A stretch of DNA of 54,877 bases, filler included, from Basidiobolus ranarum (lineage: Eukaryota), in the NCBI GenBank assembly GCA_040143965.1. It is 4 parts of 4 records of this genome, joined end to end, with 100 filler letters (N's around TTAATTAATTAA, not from the genome) between each part and the next. Parts side by side here need not be neighbours in the genome. Positions count along the whole stretch, not along the records: positions 1 to 13,659 come from JASJQH010007344.1; 3 more parts are not named here. The stretch is one strand, 5' to 3'. The position numbers and the translations under genes are program-made. Position 1 is the stretch's first letter. Every line of letters starts with the position of its first letter. A model generated the notes under the pieces. That model searched no databases, was not told where the DNA came from, and saw only the letters and a list, made by a program, of their open reading frames with translations. Of this stretch, positions 1 to 13,659 are shown in pieces.

Positions 1-1612
1 TTCGAGTTGAACGACCAGCAGAAGCAGAGTAAATCTCTTTAAGTGTTTATTTGTAAATGATAAAAGCTGTTTAGAAGCCGTAACAATATATCACTTATTT
101 CTCTTTTATATGTATGGTGAGCCTTAAAGAGTGAAAATGGGATTCGTCATGCAAATTCTATTCTAAGGATGTAGGGCGTTCTCATGAGTTGACAATGCCG
201 ATGAATTGGTTTTGAGTACATCTATTGGGAAAGAATGTTATATTTCAATACTTATCTTCCCCCTTTTCTCTGTAAGTTTCTGCGCAATATACTGTGCATT
301 AGTGCTTGGCAGCATTTCTGTGATATGTGAGACCATTCCACTGCTATCTCATTGCAAAGCTCATGGAGATAATTTACCGAAGAGGAGGCACTGCAAGCTC
401 TTTAACATAACTATACATATATTTGATAGCACCAAGACCTGGATATTGAAGAGGCCAAAGTAACAGTTATCCATTTTCTACAAATAATACTCAGACATAT
501 TCAGCACCTTTATTGAATATTGCTGACAATTTTTCTGCTCGGAAATAAGTCTCTTGGTATTTATCTAGCATTGGCACTTCGAAGTCAGTTCCTTCATATC
601 TTGGTGTATAGCAATGTATTCAACTGAACGTAGAAAGTCAAAGCTATCAAGAGCATAGCACCACTATCATTGGTTTCCTTTGCTATCGGTTAAAGCTCCC
701 TTAGCATCATCCTAGTAGTATTGAATACGATTTGAGCAATTTTCGTTGATCCTGATTCAATCAAATGAAACTACTTGTTCCAATTTTTTGCCAACACAAT
801 CATATTACTTTTATGGCAGTCACATATAGTGTATATTTGAAGACTTGCTTCCATAACCTATCTCGACAGCAAACTTAGAGAATGCTACTGGTGGGTTGTG
901 AGCTGGTCAAACCCTGAACCCCAGGTCAATTTATAAATATCACTCCACATTGATGCTAACAGTTACTAATATCGGTTGTAAGGCAATGAGAAACACAACC
1001 TATGCTCATGTTTAGCAATTGTCATTTGCATACATTTAATGCTAGATTGATGATTTTAGGGCCTTGTGCTTGTTAAGATACTATTGTTGATGATTCTAGT
1101 CAAAAAAATTGAATCTGTCACGAATGATGTGGTTTATTGGACTTCAAAAGTGAAAAATCCATCAAACCAAGGTTGTCAAATAGCGGATATGATCCACAGA
1201 ATCGCGTCATCGAAGATAATTTCTTAACAAAGCACCGTCATATTTGAGAAACCAGTACAAACACTTAATTGCCACAATTTGTCACACCAAGGCAATTACA
1301 TATATAATCGATGTGTGAGTTTATGATTGTATGGATAGTGCCTCTCAAACGGCACTTCTGCCAATGCACCAATAATCATTGATAGTGGCCATCAGATTCC
1401 TCATGCGCTGGGCCGCAGATGGTGTTAATGAAGATGAGACTATTTATAATAGATGGCTTTGCACGTGAACTATTAATCGAATACTATGCATCGTATACAT
1501 CTGAGATAGAGGAGAAAACTTGGTTTAATCTAATAAGGTAACCCAACATAACTACAAACGTATCATTCGAAAGTACCACTTTATATTCCATTAATGACTA
1601 GATTGCTACAGT

Positions 1613-3942
1613 ATGATTCCTTCCAAACTAGAAGACGGAATTTGTAATCCCAGTTATTTATCTCCACGGGTACAACATCTATTTCTGATAGATCCTCATG
1701 TTAATGCTTCTACTTCATGCCAATCTGAATCCTTTGATTCTTTCTTACTGGAGCCCTTTTCTATTTTGAATGTTCCAAAAATTGCGAAGCTATTGACTCA
1801 CTCTTTACAGGATGGTATAGTATAACGTCTTAGTATACGCTCAAGAATGTGCAATTAAACAAAATGTCTAGATTTGTGTGTCTCCAACCAACGTTGGGGA
1901 AACGCAGCTACTTCTTTAGCCCACGTCATACGAAGCACTAGACTAAATAATAATACAAGTAAGATGGATTTTGTTCTTGGTGATGCGTATACCGCCTGGT
2001 TAGGTCCATATTTGCAGAAAGTATGTGTAATCTTTTTTGCCAAACGTTTCTTTCAATATTAAATCAAATTTCAGGACTTCGATAGTGCATATAACGCATT
2101 TGTTAGACATGATAATATCACCTGCATTCTAGTGGTTACAGCCGTGCTCGACAGGGCTTTGGGTGATTTGCTATATAGTGTAACGAAGAACAAAAAACAC
2201 ATCCCATTTTTACTGAAAGACCTTTTACAAAGTGATATTTTAAGAACACTGTTAGGGGGCGATCTGGTAATTCTTTTCATGTTCCATATGGCATATTGAC
2301 TGAAACCAGCTAACTGGCAATATCTTTAGTTATTGATCATGCGTGTTCTAATGGGAACTCCAAAAGGAATGAATATACGCAATCTTGTCTGGCATGGATT
2401 TGTGAATTCAGATGAAATGTACCCTGGATACTGTATTTTCATTCATTACCTGATCAGAACGATAGGGCACGTGTTGCAAAATAGTGCCAGCCTTGTTATC
2501 AACCATCGCGAACTTTTAAAGGTGGACAGTTGGTATATGAAAATAGATGTGGATAATTTTGGTATGTAGGAGAATTAAGAGCTTTGTACTTGAACCAAAT
2601 GTCACTCAATATTGGCTTTATAGGTGAAACTGCGGTAATTAAAGAGGTATTTCGCAACTCATTTTTTATTCCACCAGGTCAAATGTCACAATGGTGCACT
2701 CTAGCGGAATACTATACCTCGCATATGACCAGAGAATTCATGGTTAATAGTATTGTATTACTGGAACATGCACTTAGAGTCCAATACGTTTTCCAGAACA
2801 GACTTTTACACAATAACATGCTTTCTGCTGATTCCGAAAAGTATTACATCATCTTAGATGATCTTTTAAGCAAAACTGTGAACGGAATCGATAACGCCTT
2901 ACCATCTTCATTAGGAGAAAACATTATGGTAGTAGTAACAACCAAACACTGCCAGTATCCAGCATATGGCTGACATTTTTTAACCTAGGAGCTATTAATG
3001 GATTTATTCCATTACAACTGCAACCTACGTCTTCGAGATAGGGTCTCACATGGCGAAGTTGATTTATCGACAATATCGATGCAACTATGCTCGGTGGTCC
3101 TAGCAGCGCTGTTATCTTTATGTCAAATATATGCAAAAAACCCCGCAATTCACACGACCTCAGTTTGGATCGAAAACCAGAAAACTTTTATGTTCAGCTA
3201 TCGGTCACACTATCATCCCTTGAAAGCATTGAAGCAAACCATCCTGGATATTGCTATACAAAGAGTAGAAGTATTCAAATCTCGAAAAGCTATTATGGAT
3301 CAGTTGCAAATTAGTGAATATCTGGACGATCAGGGATCCTCGAGTAACACGACACTTTTAGCATCCTTCGTCGAGGTGACCAATTATTTGTTAAGGGATT
3401 CCCGCGATCATTGTCGCCCCCATATTTTCAAGACTACGGAGCAATTACTTACAGCAGTTGAAATAGAGGAGCATTTGAATTCTATCGCGGTATCCGTACT
3501 CTTCCGGAGTACGACCACCTCTAGAATTGTGAGTGTATTAAAAAAGACTATGGATATAATTTTGGATAATTATATTCAAGTCGGGGTGTATTTGCAAAAA
3601 ACCCATGTATGTTTTGTTATGCGACAGCTATCGTCACGACATCGAGCTCAGTTCGTCAAAATTGTCGAGGAAACCTTCATCATATACGATCACTTACTTT
3701 GTAGCATAATGATGATGATAGAGCATCAGTACTATAGTATAGTGTCCGAGGAGTCTGCCATTCAAAACATATCGGACCCTGGATGCCACCTGAAGTATCT
3801 TGAGTCTTTATTTACCCTGGTGCAACGAACTCGAATGCTAGGAAATGGTGCTATATGCGGAAACATTAAAGATTTGCAAATTCATTGGGAAGCCTTTGTC
3901 ACGATGATCAAAGGACGCATTCCGATCGTGGAACAACCCTAG
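1613..3942 (+). CDS. ERMARD: ERMARD (C6orf70)-like DUF4209 protein, 6 exons
   Basis: Exons joined by hand at GT-AG introns: 1613-1814, 1872-2020, 2075-2266, 2330-2561, 2624-2928, 2989-3942. The spliced product contains LDRALGDLL...IPFLLKDLL...GTPKGMNIRNLVWHGF and NLRLRDRVSHGE, which match the ERMARD motifs (LERALGD..CPFLLRDLL..GLNLRNVLWHGF). Confidence 0.85.
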
Positions 3943-5802
3943 TTTTTGAGGAGGAAACGTTGAAAGTGTTTAAATTAATAAATACAAGAATCAGGCTTGA
4001 AGCCACGGTCCTATTCTATTAGGACAGCTCATGGAAAATAACGGATGTGGTGGCCCTGGCTGTTAATTTGTGACAGATTTATAAAGGCCATCACTAATCT
4101 TTGTTACGACACAATCTCACTGGAATGAACATTTGTATGCACAAGTATTGATAGGTGCTTCCATTAAGCACCAATACAATGGACAGTTCCTCCCACCTTA
4201 TGTGTACCCTACGAATCCACACCAAATCATTTCTCAGTTGACAGGGATTACAGTTTACAGAATGCAAGATATCCAATGAACTCGGGTTTCCTATTCATTT
4301 GATTGATCTGCCTCTTATGTGGGTCACAGCTTAAGTATTTCTACAGAAAGAATATCTAAACCGAAAATACCCAAGTGAAACATGTCCAATACAGCGAACC
4401 AATATTTCACGTATACTGTGTAGCCTGTTTTAGCCCGTGACTCGGATGATAGAGGGTACAGCAAAGTGCTAAGCGCCGACTTCCATATGTCCTACTAGCA
4501 GTTAATGTTATCTAATCGAGGGTCCTCCACATGCTAATACTTCAACCTGTGTCTTGGATGCTATGTAGACACCTATCACGTACCAGAGAGTTCCTGTACC
4601 TTCCTTACACAAACAAAAGTAATTCCCTGTCTTGGTGAGTTTGTATTAGGGTTAGGGCTAGGACCTGAATTGCTCTGGAATCTGGACCAACACAAGCGAC
4701 ATTTGTACAATCACAAGTGTTAACAATAACACCAATGAAACTGGTATCTTTATCATCATGTAAGATGACGAAGTCGTTATACATCCGATTGAGCTTCATA
4801 TGAACACATCTATTGAAAAACGCACTTCAGAATCGTCACCTTAATACTATTTATGGTATGGCAAGCTCTTCCAAATTTAGGGCGCCACTGCAAATAAAAG
4901 TATGCCAATACTGCTAAACTACTGATTTGTAGCTCACATTGGTCTCACCAATTTATATAAAAGGAATACTATCCATAGCAATGGTCTATAGCAGTTTCAG
5001 CGACACACATTGTGCTACTCTAAGTGTATATCCAAGAATGGAAATTTTCCTCTACTAATGGTTTGTAGATTGTTTATCGAAGGTAGATCGAACAACCTAC
5101 AAAATAGGCCGATGAATGATCATAGCATCGCCGTGATCTTCGTTCAATCAGGACATACATTCCGCCGACAAGCAAGTAACAGATCAAAATAATGTTTGAT
5201 GAATCGCCATCCCCAGCCAATCATCTACTGCAAATCTGAGTAATTGACGATCCTGATGCAATGGTTAACATTCTCTCACGGCCACTCTGCTTGACCAGAT
5301 CTATCCTGATGAGTGACATCTGAATAAGCTCTTAGCGTTAAGCAATATCCTTTCCATTCGTTGACAGGATAATCCATTCGCTAGTAATGTCGTTGAAATG
5401 CCAAGAGATCTACTTCTTTAAGCCCAAACTGATATTCAAAAAAAGCGATATAATCAACAAATCATGGAAGAAAAGAGACGGATAATCCGCTAACCCCAAT
5501 TGTAAGTAGCAGCTTTATGCCTATTGGAAGCAAGTTTGTGTTAGCGATTTTACTATTTATTTATCTTAGTGTAACCATCATTGAAATTTTGGAAGGACAT
5601 CCCCAAAAACCAGTTTGGTCAACAATAATGCGTTGACACTCAATATTTGTGATTGGTATTACACATTTCCCAAAATTGAATCGTCAAATTGGAAAGTTAT
5701 TTCTGCTGCTTCAACACGTTCTTAAAAGGAGAAGGTTTGTGCCCTTTAGCAACGACTATCCAAGTTCTCTGTGGCTCTTTTATTTCAAGATTTCCAAAGA
5801 CT

Positions 5803-7377
5803 ATGCGTTCTATCAAAGCCCTTACACTGTTCAGTACACTCTGTTTATCAGTACTGGCAGCCGACCAGAATACTACATTCAAATTTGAAGAGGCATCCAT
5901 TCTTGACATTCAAGCTGCCTTCACTAAGGGTACCCTTACTTCACGCCAATTGGTTCAATGGTACGTTGACCGTATACATGAGCATGACCATAACTACAAC
6001 TCCGTTTCCGAGCTAAACCCCGATATCTTCATGCTCGCCGACAGAGCTGATGCTCTACGTAAAGCTGGGAAGAGCCGTGGCCTTCTCCATGGTATCCCTA
6101 TTTTACTGAAAGATAATATTGCTACTGGTGATAAGATGCATAACACTGCTGGTTCATTGGCCTTGTATAGCGAAGAATGCAGGCCAACCAAGTCTTCTAC
6201 TATCGCTACCAAGCTTCGTCAGGCAGGTGCCCTCATCTTCGGCAAAGCTTGTATGTCTGAATGGGCCAACTTCCGTACCACCGATGGCTCTGGCGCTGAA
6301 TACAAAGATCCTGATGGTTGGAGTGGTCGTTGTGGCCAAACACACAATGCCTACAATATTACTCGCTCACCCTCAGGATCCAGTGGTGGACCAGCGGTTG
6401 CCGTAGCCTTGAATTTTGTGACTGCTTCATTGGGTACTGATACCGATTGCTCAATCATTGCTCCTGCCGCAATCCATGGTCTTGTTGGTATTCGTCCTAC
6501 TGTTGGGTTGATTTCTCGTAATATGGTCATCCCTATTTCTCATTCTCAAGATACTCCAGGGCCTATGGCCAAGTCAGTTACTGATGCCGCTATCATGATG
6601 GAAGCTCTTGCTGGTCAAGATCCACGTGATCCCTTGACCAACATGCCTCGTAACCCTAACAAGCCTATCAAGTACACCAAGTACCTCAACAAGGATGGGT
6701 TAAAGGGAGCTCGAATTGGTATTCCTCGCCATATTTACTGGGAGAAAATGAATCGACCTGAGGAAAAGGCAGTTGCTGAGGATGCTATCGAGAAGTTGAA
6801 GTCTTTGGGAGCCATCATTATTGATCATGCCGATCTCCCCACCGCTGACCAAATCGCAGACACATCCTATGGGTTAGGAGGTGTAGAAGCGACTCTACTT
6901 AACTACGAATTCAAGCAAGACATTAAGGATTATCTTTCCAACCTGAAGCGACAATGCCCAATGAAGAACCTCGCCGATTTGATCCAATACAATAAGGACC
7001 ATGCTGACAAGGAGATGCCTTTGTTCAAGCAAGAGGCATTCGAAACCGCTCAAAACACCACAGGCTTAGATGATCCATTCTACAAAGAGACCTTGAGACT
7101 TAACCGCGAGTTATCAGGTCCTAGCGGTATTGATGCCGCATTCCAGAAGTACAATTTGGATGCCATGTTTGTTCCAGTTGACTGGGCCTTCTTCCCACCT
7201 CAACCACTTGCCATGGCTGGCTACCCTCAAATCAGCGTTCCTATCGGTATGGATGATGAGGGAGTTCCATTCGGCATGAGTTTCTATGCCCGTGCATTCG
7301 ATGAGCCCAAATTAATTCAATATGCATACGCTCTCGAGCAAGCCACTCAAGCCCGTAGACCTCCCCAACTTTTGTAA
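5803..7377 (+). CDS. Secreted amidase-signature family amidase (peptide amidase/Pam-like subgroup), intronless
   Basis: ATG at 5803 begins a signal peptide (MRSIKALTLFSTLCLSVLAA). Motifs LHGIPILLKDNI (catalytic Lys), PSGSSGG, GTDTDCSII (nucleophile Ser), GIRPTVGLISR and QDTPGPMA are present. Confidence 0.93.
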   Translation: MRSIKALTLFSTLCLSVLAADQNTTFKFEEASILDIQAAFTKGTLTSRQLVQWYVDRIHEHDHNYNSVSELNPDIFMLADRADALRKAGKSRGLLHGIPILLKDNIATGDKMHNTAGSLALYSEECRPTKSSTIATKLRQAGALIFGKACMSEWANFRTTDGSGAEYKDPDGWSGRCGQTHNAYNITRSPSGSSGGPAVAVALNFVTASLGTDTDCSIIAPAAIHGLVGIRPTVGLISRNMVIPISHSQDTPGPMAKSVTDAAIMMEALAGQDPRDPLTNMPRNPNKPIKYTKYLNKDGLKGARIGIPRHIYWEKMNRPEEKAVAEDAIEKLKSLGAIIIDHADLPTADQIADTSYGLGGVEATLLNYEFKQDIKDYLSNLKRQCPMKNLADLIQYNKDHADKEMPLFKQEAFETAQNTTGLDDPFYKETLRLNRELSGPSGIDAAFQKYNLDAMFVPVDWAFFPPQPLAMAGYPQISVPIGMDDEGVPFGMSFYARAFDEPKLIQYAYALEQATQARRPPQLL

Positions 7378-7794
7378 AGTACCCTTGCAAAACGCCATCA
7401 CGTCATAAGTGATGGAGGGTTTTATAAATGACTTGATTGTGACATTAATTTTGATAGTCCACTTAATGATACCAGCCATAATTTACAATTGTGGCATGGG
7501 AACTCCGTATCACATTCATTAATATATTAATAAACACCATCTTAATCACCTTCAATGAGATGCTTCGAGCCTGGGTAACTAAGATTACAATTCATATACT
7601 ATTGACTATTGACATCAGTTAGTTATTGTATTATGGTTTAATAATATATTTAGATTAGCAAATGGGTAGTTATTTGAATTCTACGAATAGTTTCTTAGAG
7701 AGTGGGAGATTGCTCTACTATACATAAATTATGCAATTATTTCAAAAAACCGGTGTAGTTAAGAATTTCTAAATCATCATCTGTATGATAATCA

Positions 7795-9488
7795 TTACAG
7801 ATTTTGAATGTAACGTCTAGCTGCAGAGGGTCCAAGATGCTCATCATCTGATAGAGATTGGGTGACTGAATCCTGTTGGGGACGAGCGGGCTTTTTGGAT
7901 GGCCCAACATGATACGTGCCAGGTTGTAAATTGGATGCAGGTACTGAAGTTGAGGTATGATCCTCCTTGTCAACCAGAACGTGCCAGCTTTGGCGCGAGA
8001 GAGAGGAAGGGGTGGTGTGCGAGACTGTTTGTGAGTTCATGGGTTTACGTGGTCGATACAGTATGCTATTCACAAACCAGTACATGAACCCAGACTGACG
8101 TGTGGATTCGATTGGGCGCTCTGCATTCTCCGATGATAAGTTGGTCATTTGATAACTGGCAGGTTGTGCATATTTTTCAATGAGATCTCGGCGAACTCGA
8201 GATAGCGCACTGCTCAGTGAAGGATCAACTAAGAATGCGATGAAATTGAGGATACCAGGACTATCAGTGGCTAGTTAATTTGATACTATTAGTATACGGA
8301 CAGAGAGAATCGATTCAAATCAGCAAATCATACCGATATTCCCAAATAATTGCAGCCAAAGATTGACCTTCCCCCAGTGATGCATGTAGGCCTCACCTAA
8401 AGACGAAGTAAATGGTTTAGCACTGTTGAATTCCTTGCGTTCCAATAGACAACTTACTGGCAATAAACGGTGTCTGTGTGATAAAGGGGATGAACGGATA
8501 GAGAATGATTCGACCAAGGACTCGATTAATTGCCCGCTGCGTGTTGCGTTGAATTGAGGTGATCTTTCCAGAATGACTGGAGCCAATATGCTTACGAAGC
8601 GCTCGATTAGTGGTTACGATTTTCTTGATCACCAATCCCACTACTACATTGCAATAAATGATCACAAACACCGCTGGTCCAAGAAAAGTGGCCTGGAAGA
8701 TTAACATCAATAAAACGTAAGTCGGGTGGTAACTCGTGAGTAGCATAATCATTCCAAAACAATACCCATTCCCAAATAATTGAGGAGGTTTTCCAACTAT
8801 CGCGATACCAACACATCGACTGAGCATGGTCCCACCCAAATATTCCAGCAATGAGGGGAGCAATGGTGAATATCATGGCCAGCACAAACGATCCGCCATA
8901 GTATAGGTAATCTTCCCTCCCCGGAAAGAACGTCCTCTCTTGAAGTACAACCCATTGCAGATTAAAAGCAACAGCGGCTGACAAGAAAAGATATAAATCA
9001 GCGGTCACGATGATAAACCATGCGCTAGCAGTACAAACATGGCTCGAGGCTTTTCGCCATTAAGAAAGAAAACAGGAGTTAGCAGTCTTCTAAAGCCATC
9101 TCTAGTTCAATAAGAGGTCTACTTACTGTCACTCGACATGTAGGTATAGGCCAAAATAATAGACCCTCTCAATATATCCACTATTGATATCGCCGCGTTC
9201 AATCGTAGACTGACTCGATCCATTAGACGACGATCGTAAAGCCACAACCCGTAGGTAATGAGAACAACAAGAAGCCCACCCAGAATGGAAAGAGCATTTA
9301 ATGTCGCTAGTTGAAATGGGTAAGTAATCTTTAGGAGTAGAGGGGGTATTTCTTACATGTTACAAGAAACAGCTTTATAAACACTCACTATTTACGATAA
9401 TATTGGCTTGGGTGAAGGCGGGGTCGGAAATGCTTAAATTAGGTACATCGGCCGTAGTAGGGCCAGCTCCCCATCCTGAGGATGACAT
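7795..9488 (-). CDS. 7-TM G-protein-coupled receptor (cAMP-receptor-like/Git3-like fungal class), 6 exons
   Basis: ATG at 9488; introns at about 9388-9307, 9126-9050 and three more downstream. The spliced product has TM1 TLNALSILGGLLVVLI, DRVSLRL..ISIVD, a Cys at the start of TM3 (HVCTASAW), CWY in ECL2, RIILYPFIPFITQ (TM6) and PGILNFIAFLVDP (TM7), then a cytoplasmic tail. Confidence 0.8.
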
Positions 9489-11899
9489 TACAATATGAAA
9501 ATGAGATGCAAATGAGAATACAAGGGCAGGATTAAATACTGAAGTAGCCACCTCTAGCTTCGGATAAGAAATCAAAATAAAAATCGGCATGCAATGCAAT
9601 GGAAGTGGTGTAGCTATCTCGAGATAAACTGGTCGGCTCAATATAGTTGCTGATAGGTGTAAGAATGAGTAAATTAATGAGGTTACCCCAGAGTTACCTA
9701 TCTTTTGTTTAACTGGTATTATGTGCGGTTCGAGTAACGTCGAGATCTTTGGTGTCCACTAAGGGTTTTTAACCATGAACAATGTTTTTGTTGCACCAAG
9801 GCACAATTGTGATCAATTTGTGTGAAACTCATCGAGTGAGGGTCTCGGCCTGTAAGAGGGCTCTGGTAGCAGAGCAATCGCTATTCAATCATTTGAGGGT
9901 ATTCTGATTTGGGGCAAGCCCGCATTGCATTTCCAACGATACAGATTGTGGCTTGAGCAGTGTGAGTCCCGGCAACTCTCGATAGTAATACTCTTGTAAA
10001 ACCCAACATTCACGGACTCGTGAATTCAGGCCAAAAGAAGAAAGATCGTGACCATCTTTTGGAATAAAGCCCAATCTGAGGATTTACTATTGAGAAATTG
10101 GTCCGAATTTACAACTGGTGATTTGCCGATAATAGAGCTGGAAGTTACACAACGGGGCACCCATGAAGCACAACTATCCAGGCGAAACATATACTCAACA
10201 AACCTATCACTCGGATGGGATGCAGTGCAACTGTTAACTTTAACAGTAAAGCTTCAGAGATTGGTCCAGCGAGACATAGCAAGGGATTCTCTTCACCAAG
10301 AAGACCCTAAAGGTTCATGGATTGAGATACAGTGGTTGGCACTTAATTTCCGATTCGATCGCTATGAGGTATAACCTGTAACTTCACTCTCGTCGCTTCT
10401 TGCTATCTAGCTGAATGGTGTATGTGCTAATCAGATATTGGAAGCTGATCCTCAACATGTTCTTGTTTCCCATTTGTTTGTAAGTCATCGATGACGTAGG
10501 TGTAGTTTGCAGACCTCTTGTAGTAGTTTTATGCCACCTAAATGGTTAGCAACCAATGAAGCTAATCTGTCATTCGCTGATTAGAGTAGGGTGACCTCTT
10601 ACTAGCACCATTGATTCAATAAGATGTGTGACGTTGCCTAAGTATCTGTGGTTCAGGTACAGGGTGATTGGTTACCGCATCTACATCGATAGATCTCCAC
10701 TGATCCTTTTTAGCTTGTTGGAGTTCAAAGTCTATCTGATGACTATCGAGTTCCTATTCCGGATCTCGAAGTATGCCCACCAATTAGTGGGGCATTGTCA
10801 GGAACATTATCTACCACTCTATAGTTCTTGTTTCGGTGGAAAAATGCTCTGTATGACGCTACACAGCTTGAGGAAATCAAGAGAAGTATACTCGAATATA
10901 CTAGCACCAGTTTGGGTTACTTGCTATCTCACCCGGTGGGGATATTAGGTTAGTTTCTTTGGATCTAACTCTCAAAAAGTAATGCTTTTAATACACAAGC
11001 CAAGTTGTGAGTATTCTGCATTCACGTCACTCTTTCCTCATTTTCACTTTGTTGGAGTTGCAATTAGTACAAGTCGGCTCACGGGCATATCCCCCACTTA
11101 GTATTGACAGCTGTTGGAAACTATTGTCTGAAATCCTAGATAATTTGGAATGAAGCTAGTTCGTTGTTTTAATAGAATCCGATATTTGAGTGCGATTGTG
11201 CATTGGCATCGGATGCATGTCCTTGGTTGCTTATTTGGGTGCTAATTTTGACCCACTTTTGCACCAAGAAACAGTGAGAATATATTGAAGGAATTTCGAG
11301 GCACTATTCTGACTACATTTGGTATTCGATTCCCACTCCTGTTAGCTCCCTGGCAATTCGTGGTATTTGAATTTAATAATATCAGCCAATCAAGATCTTT
11401 AAAAATAGTGCAATCAGGATGCTTACCTGTATTATTAACCGGAGTTGTGAAGATCCGTTGGCAAAGTGACTGTGAGAAGCCACAAGCTAAATGATCGGCA
11501 AGAGCGTTACCAAACCTCTTTTCTAGTACTCCTGGACATATGATTTACTGGGAATAAGTGGTACGTATAAATCCTCGTTCACAGGAAATTTCTGGAATTC
11601 ACACCTCGTCAAATGAACCCGAGCTACTGATTTGTTATTTCAGAGCAAGACCTATTTCTGTTCAGAGACCGGGGTGCATAAAGTCGAATTTAAATGGTAA
11701 AATATACACATGAGTTGCACAGTTTGTCAAGAGAATGATTTCATCGACAAGTACTACTTTTTTCGCCAGAATCTCGTCATAGAACTGGTATGCATGTGTT
11801 CATATCTGACCATTCCTTGACAAAAACCCAATCCTTATCTCTTTCTATAAAATGGCAAAGCACACTCCTATATCATACACCGAATTATATCTCTCACCA

Positions 11900-13303
11900 A
11901 TGTTTGGTTACCGTCGCCTTCTCACTTGCTTGTTGACTGCTAGTTCCGCTATCAGTGGTATGGCTCTACCCACTAGTTCTACCAAAGACTATGATATTGG
12001 TTGGGCTCGTTATACTCATCAAGATTATCCCAATTTCCAATTGAGAGTCCAGGAACCCAAGCTATGCGACCCATCAGTCAAACAGATATCAGGATATTTG
12101 GACCTAGATGATAACCAACATTTTTTCTTCTGGTTTTTCGAATCTCGTTCTAATCCGGGAACGGATCCATTAGTGCTGTGGTTGAACGGAGGACCTGGAT
12201 GTTCTTCCATGCTTGGCCTTTTCATGGAGTTGGGACCTTGTAGAGCTAATGTCAACGGAGACGGAACTCAGGTTAATCCCACTTCATGGAATAGTAATGC
12301 AAGCACGATCTTTTTAGATCAACCTTTTGGTACTGGGTTTTCTTACGGACAAGATACCACCACTTCACTAGAAGCGGCTGATCGTGTTCAAGCTTTCCTA
12401 CGCTTGTTCTTGCAGGCATATCCTAAATATCAGAAGTTGGATTTTCATGTCACTGGAGAATCATATGCTGGCCATTATGTCCCAGCTATCGGGAACGCTA
12501 TAAACCAAGCTAACAAGCAGATTGCCAATCAAACCGAAAGAATTAATCTTCAAAGCATTGCGATAGGTAATGGTTTAGTGAACCCCTTAATCCAATACAA
12601 GTACTACTCCAAAATGGCGTGTGACTCCACCTACCCGGCGATCCTTCCTAAATCAACATGTGCTCAGATGGATAGCTATTACCCTCAGTGTGAAAAATAC
12701 ATTAACAGCTGCTACAGTACCAGGAACGCACAAACCTGCGCTTCAGCTTTAAATTACTGCAACCAAATATTGAACAAATTCAATAATGCTCGGGGTGTGA
12801 ACATTTATGATATTCGACAGAAATGCCCTTCTCAAAACCAATGCTATCCGGTCCAACAAGGACTCACTACCTGGCTAAACGATGAGCAAATTGAGAAACA
12901 GTTGGGCGTTGAGGGCGGTAGTTTTCAACAATGTGACGATGGCGTCTACAGAAGATACACTCAAGTTTCAGGAGATTGGATGTACCCATACTTCGAGGTG
13001 ATCCCAAGTCTTTTGTCTGATGGAATCCGAGTGTTGGTTTATGCTGGCGATGCCGATTTCATTTGTAATTGGTATGGTAATAAAGCTTGGACTTTGGACC
13101 TTGATTGGTCAGGTAAGACCCAGTTCAATCAAGCTCAGGATCTTCCCTGGAACAATGGTGCCACTGCTGCTGGAGAAGTCCGAAATTACGGAAACTTCAC
13201 CTTCTTGAGAGTCTTCGCAGCTGGTCATATGGTTCCTTATGATCAGCCTCAGAATTCCCTTGATATGATCAATCGCTGGATTGGTAACAAACCATTTGCG
13301 TAA
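11900..13303 (+). CDS. Secreted serine carboxypeptidase, S10 (carboxypeptidase Y-like), intronless
   Basis: Motifs [34 protein letters not shown] (Ser), GDADFICN (Asp) and AGHMVP (His). ATG 11900 gives a signal peptide. The ORF-track ATG at 11852 overlaps a TATAAAA box and is probably not used. Confidence 0.95.
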   Translation: MFGYRRLLTCLLTASSAISGMALPTSSTKDYDIGWARYTHQDYPNFQLRVQEPKLCDPSVKQISGYLDLDDNQHFFFWFFESRSNPGTDPLVLWLNGGPGCSSMLGLFMELGPCRANVNGDGTQVNPTSWNSNASTIFLDQPFGTGFSYGQDTTTSLEAADRVQAFLRLFLQAYPKYQKLDFHVTGESYAGHYVPAIGNAINQANKQIANQTERINLQSIAIGNGLVNPLIQYKYYSKMACDSTYPAILPKSTCAQMDSYYPQCEKYINSCYSTRNAQTCASALNYCNQILNKFNNARGVNIYDIRQKCPSQNQCYPVQQGLTTWLNDEQIEKQLGVEGGSFQQCDDGVYRRYTQVSGDWMYPYFEVIPSLLSDGIRVLVYAGDADFICNWYGNKAWTLDLDWSGKTQFNQAQDLPWNNGATAAGEVRNYGNFTFLRVFAAGHMVPYDQPQNSLDMINRWIGNKPFA

Positions 13304-13659
13304 TGTGTGTATGGTTCTCACCAAATTTGATTCAATAGTGATCTACAATCGATTATGCTAACCTAAAGCTAATCGAATTGACAATAAACTGAAATTTATT
13401 CCAACCTAAAGTTGCTCAAGCTGTGATTTTTCACCTGTATATAAAAAGAGTTTACCTTAAAAGACCGTGACGATATACAATAGGATACTTTTCTCTTTTG
13501 TATGATCTAGGATTTTGTACTTTTTGAAACTTTTTCAGTTCAGCGTTCTGGCAAGTAGGGCGCAGACTTAAAATTTTAAACTCGTCAAGGAGGTATAGCT
13601 GGAAGCCTTCTTTGGCTAGCATTTTTCGTATTCCGACGCCTCTATTGGGCTCACGATAC

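Noticed and set aside
4646..4662. TTAGGGTTAGGGCTAGG telomere-like sequence
   Set aside because: Only two perfect units and internal to a contig; compatible with chance.
9889..11494. Several 60-108 aa ORFs between the GPCR and the carboxypeptidase
   Set aside because: Mostly non-ATG starts, with no recognisable motifs or splice structure.
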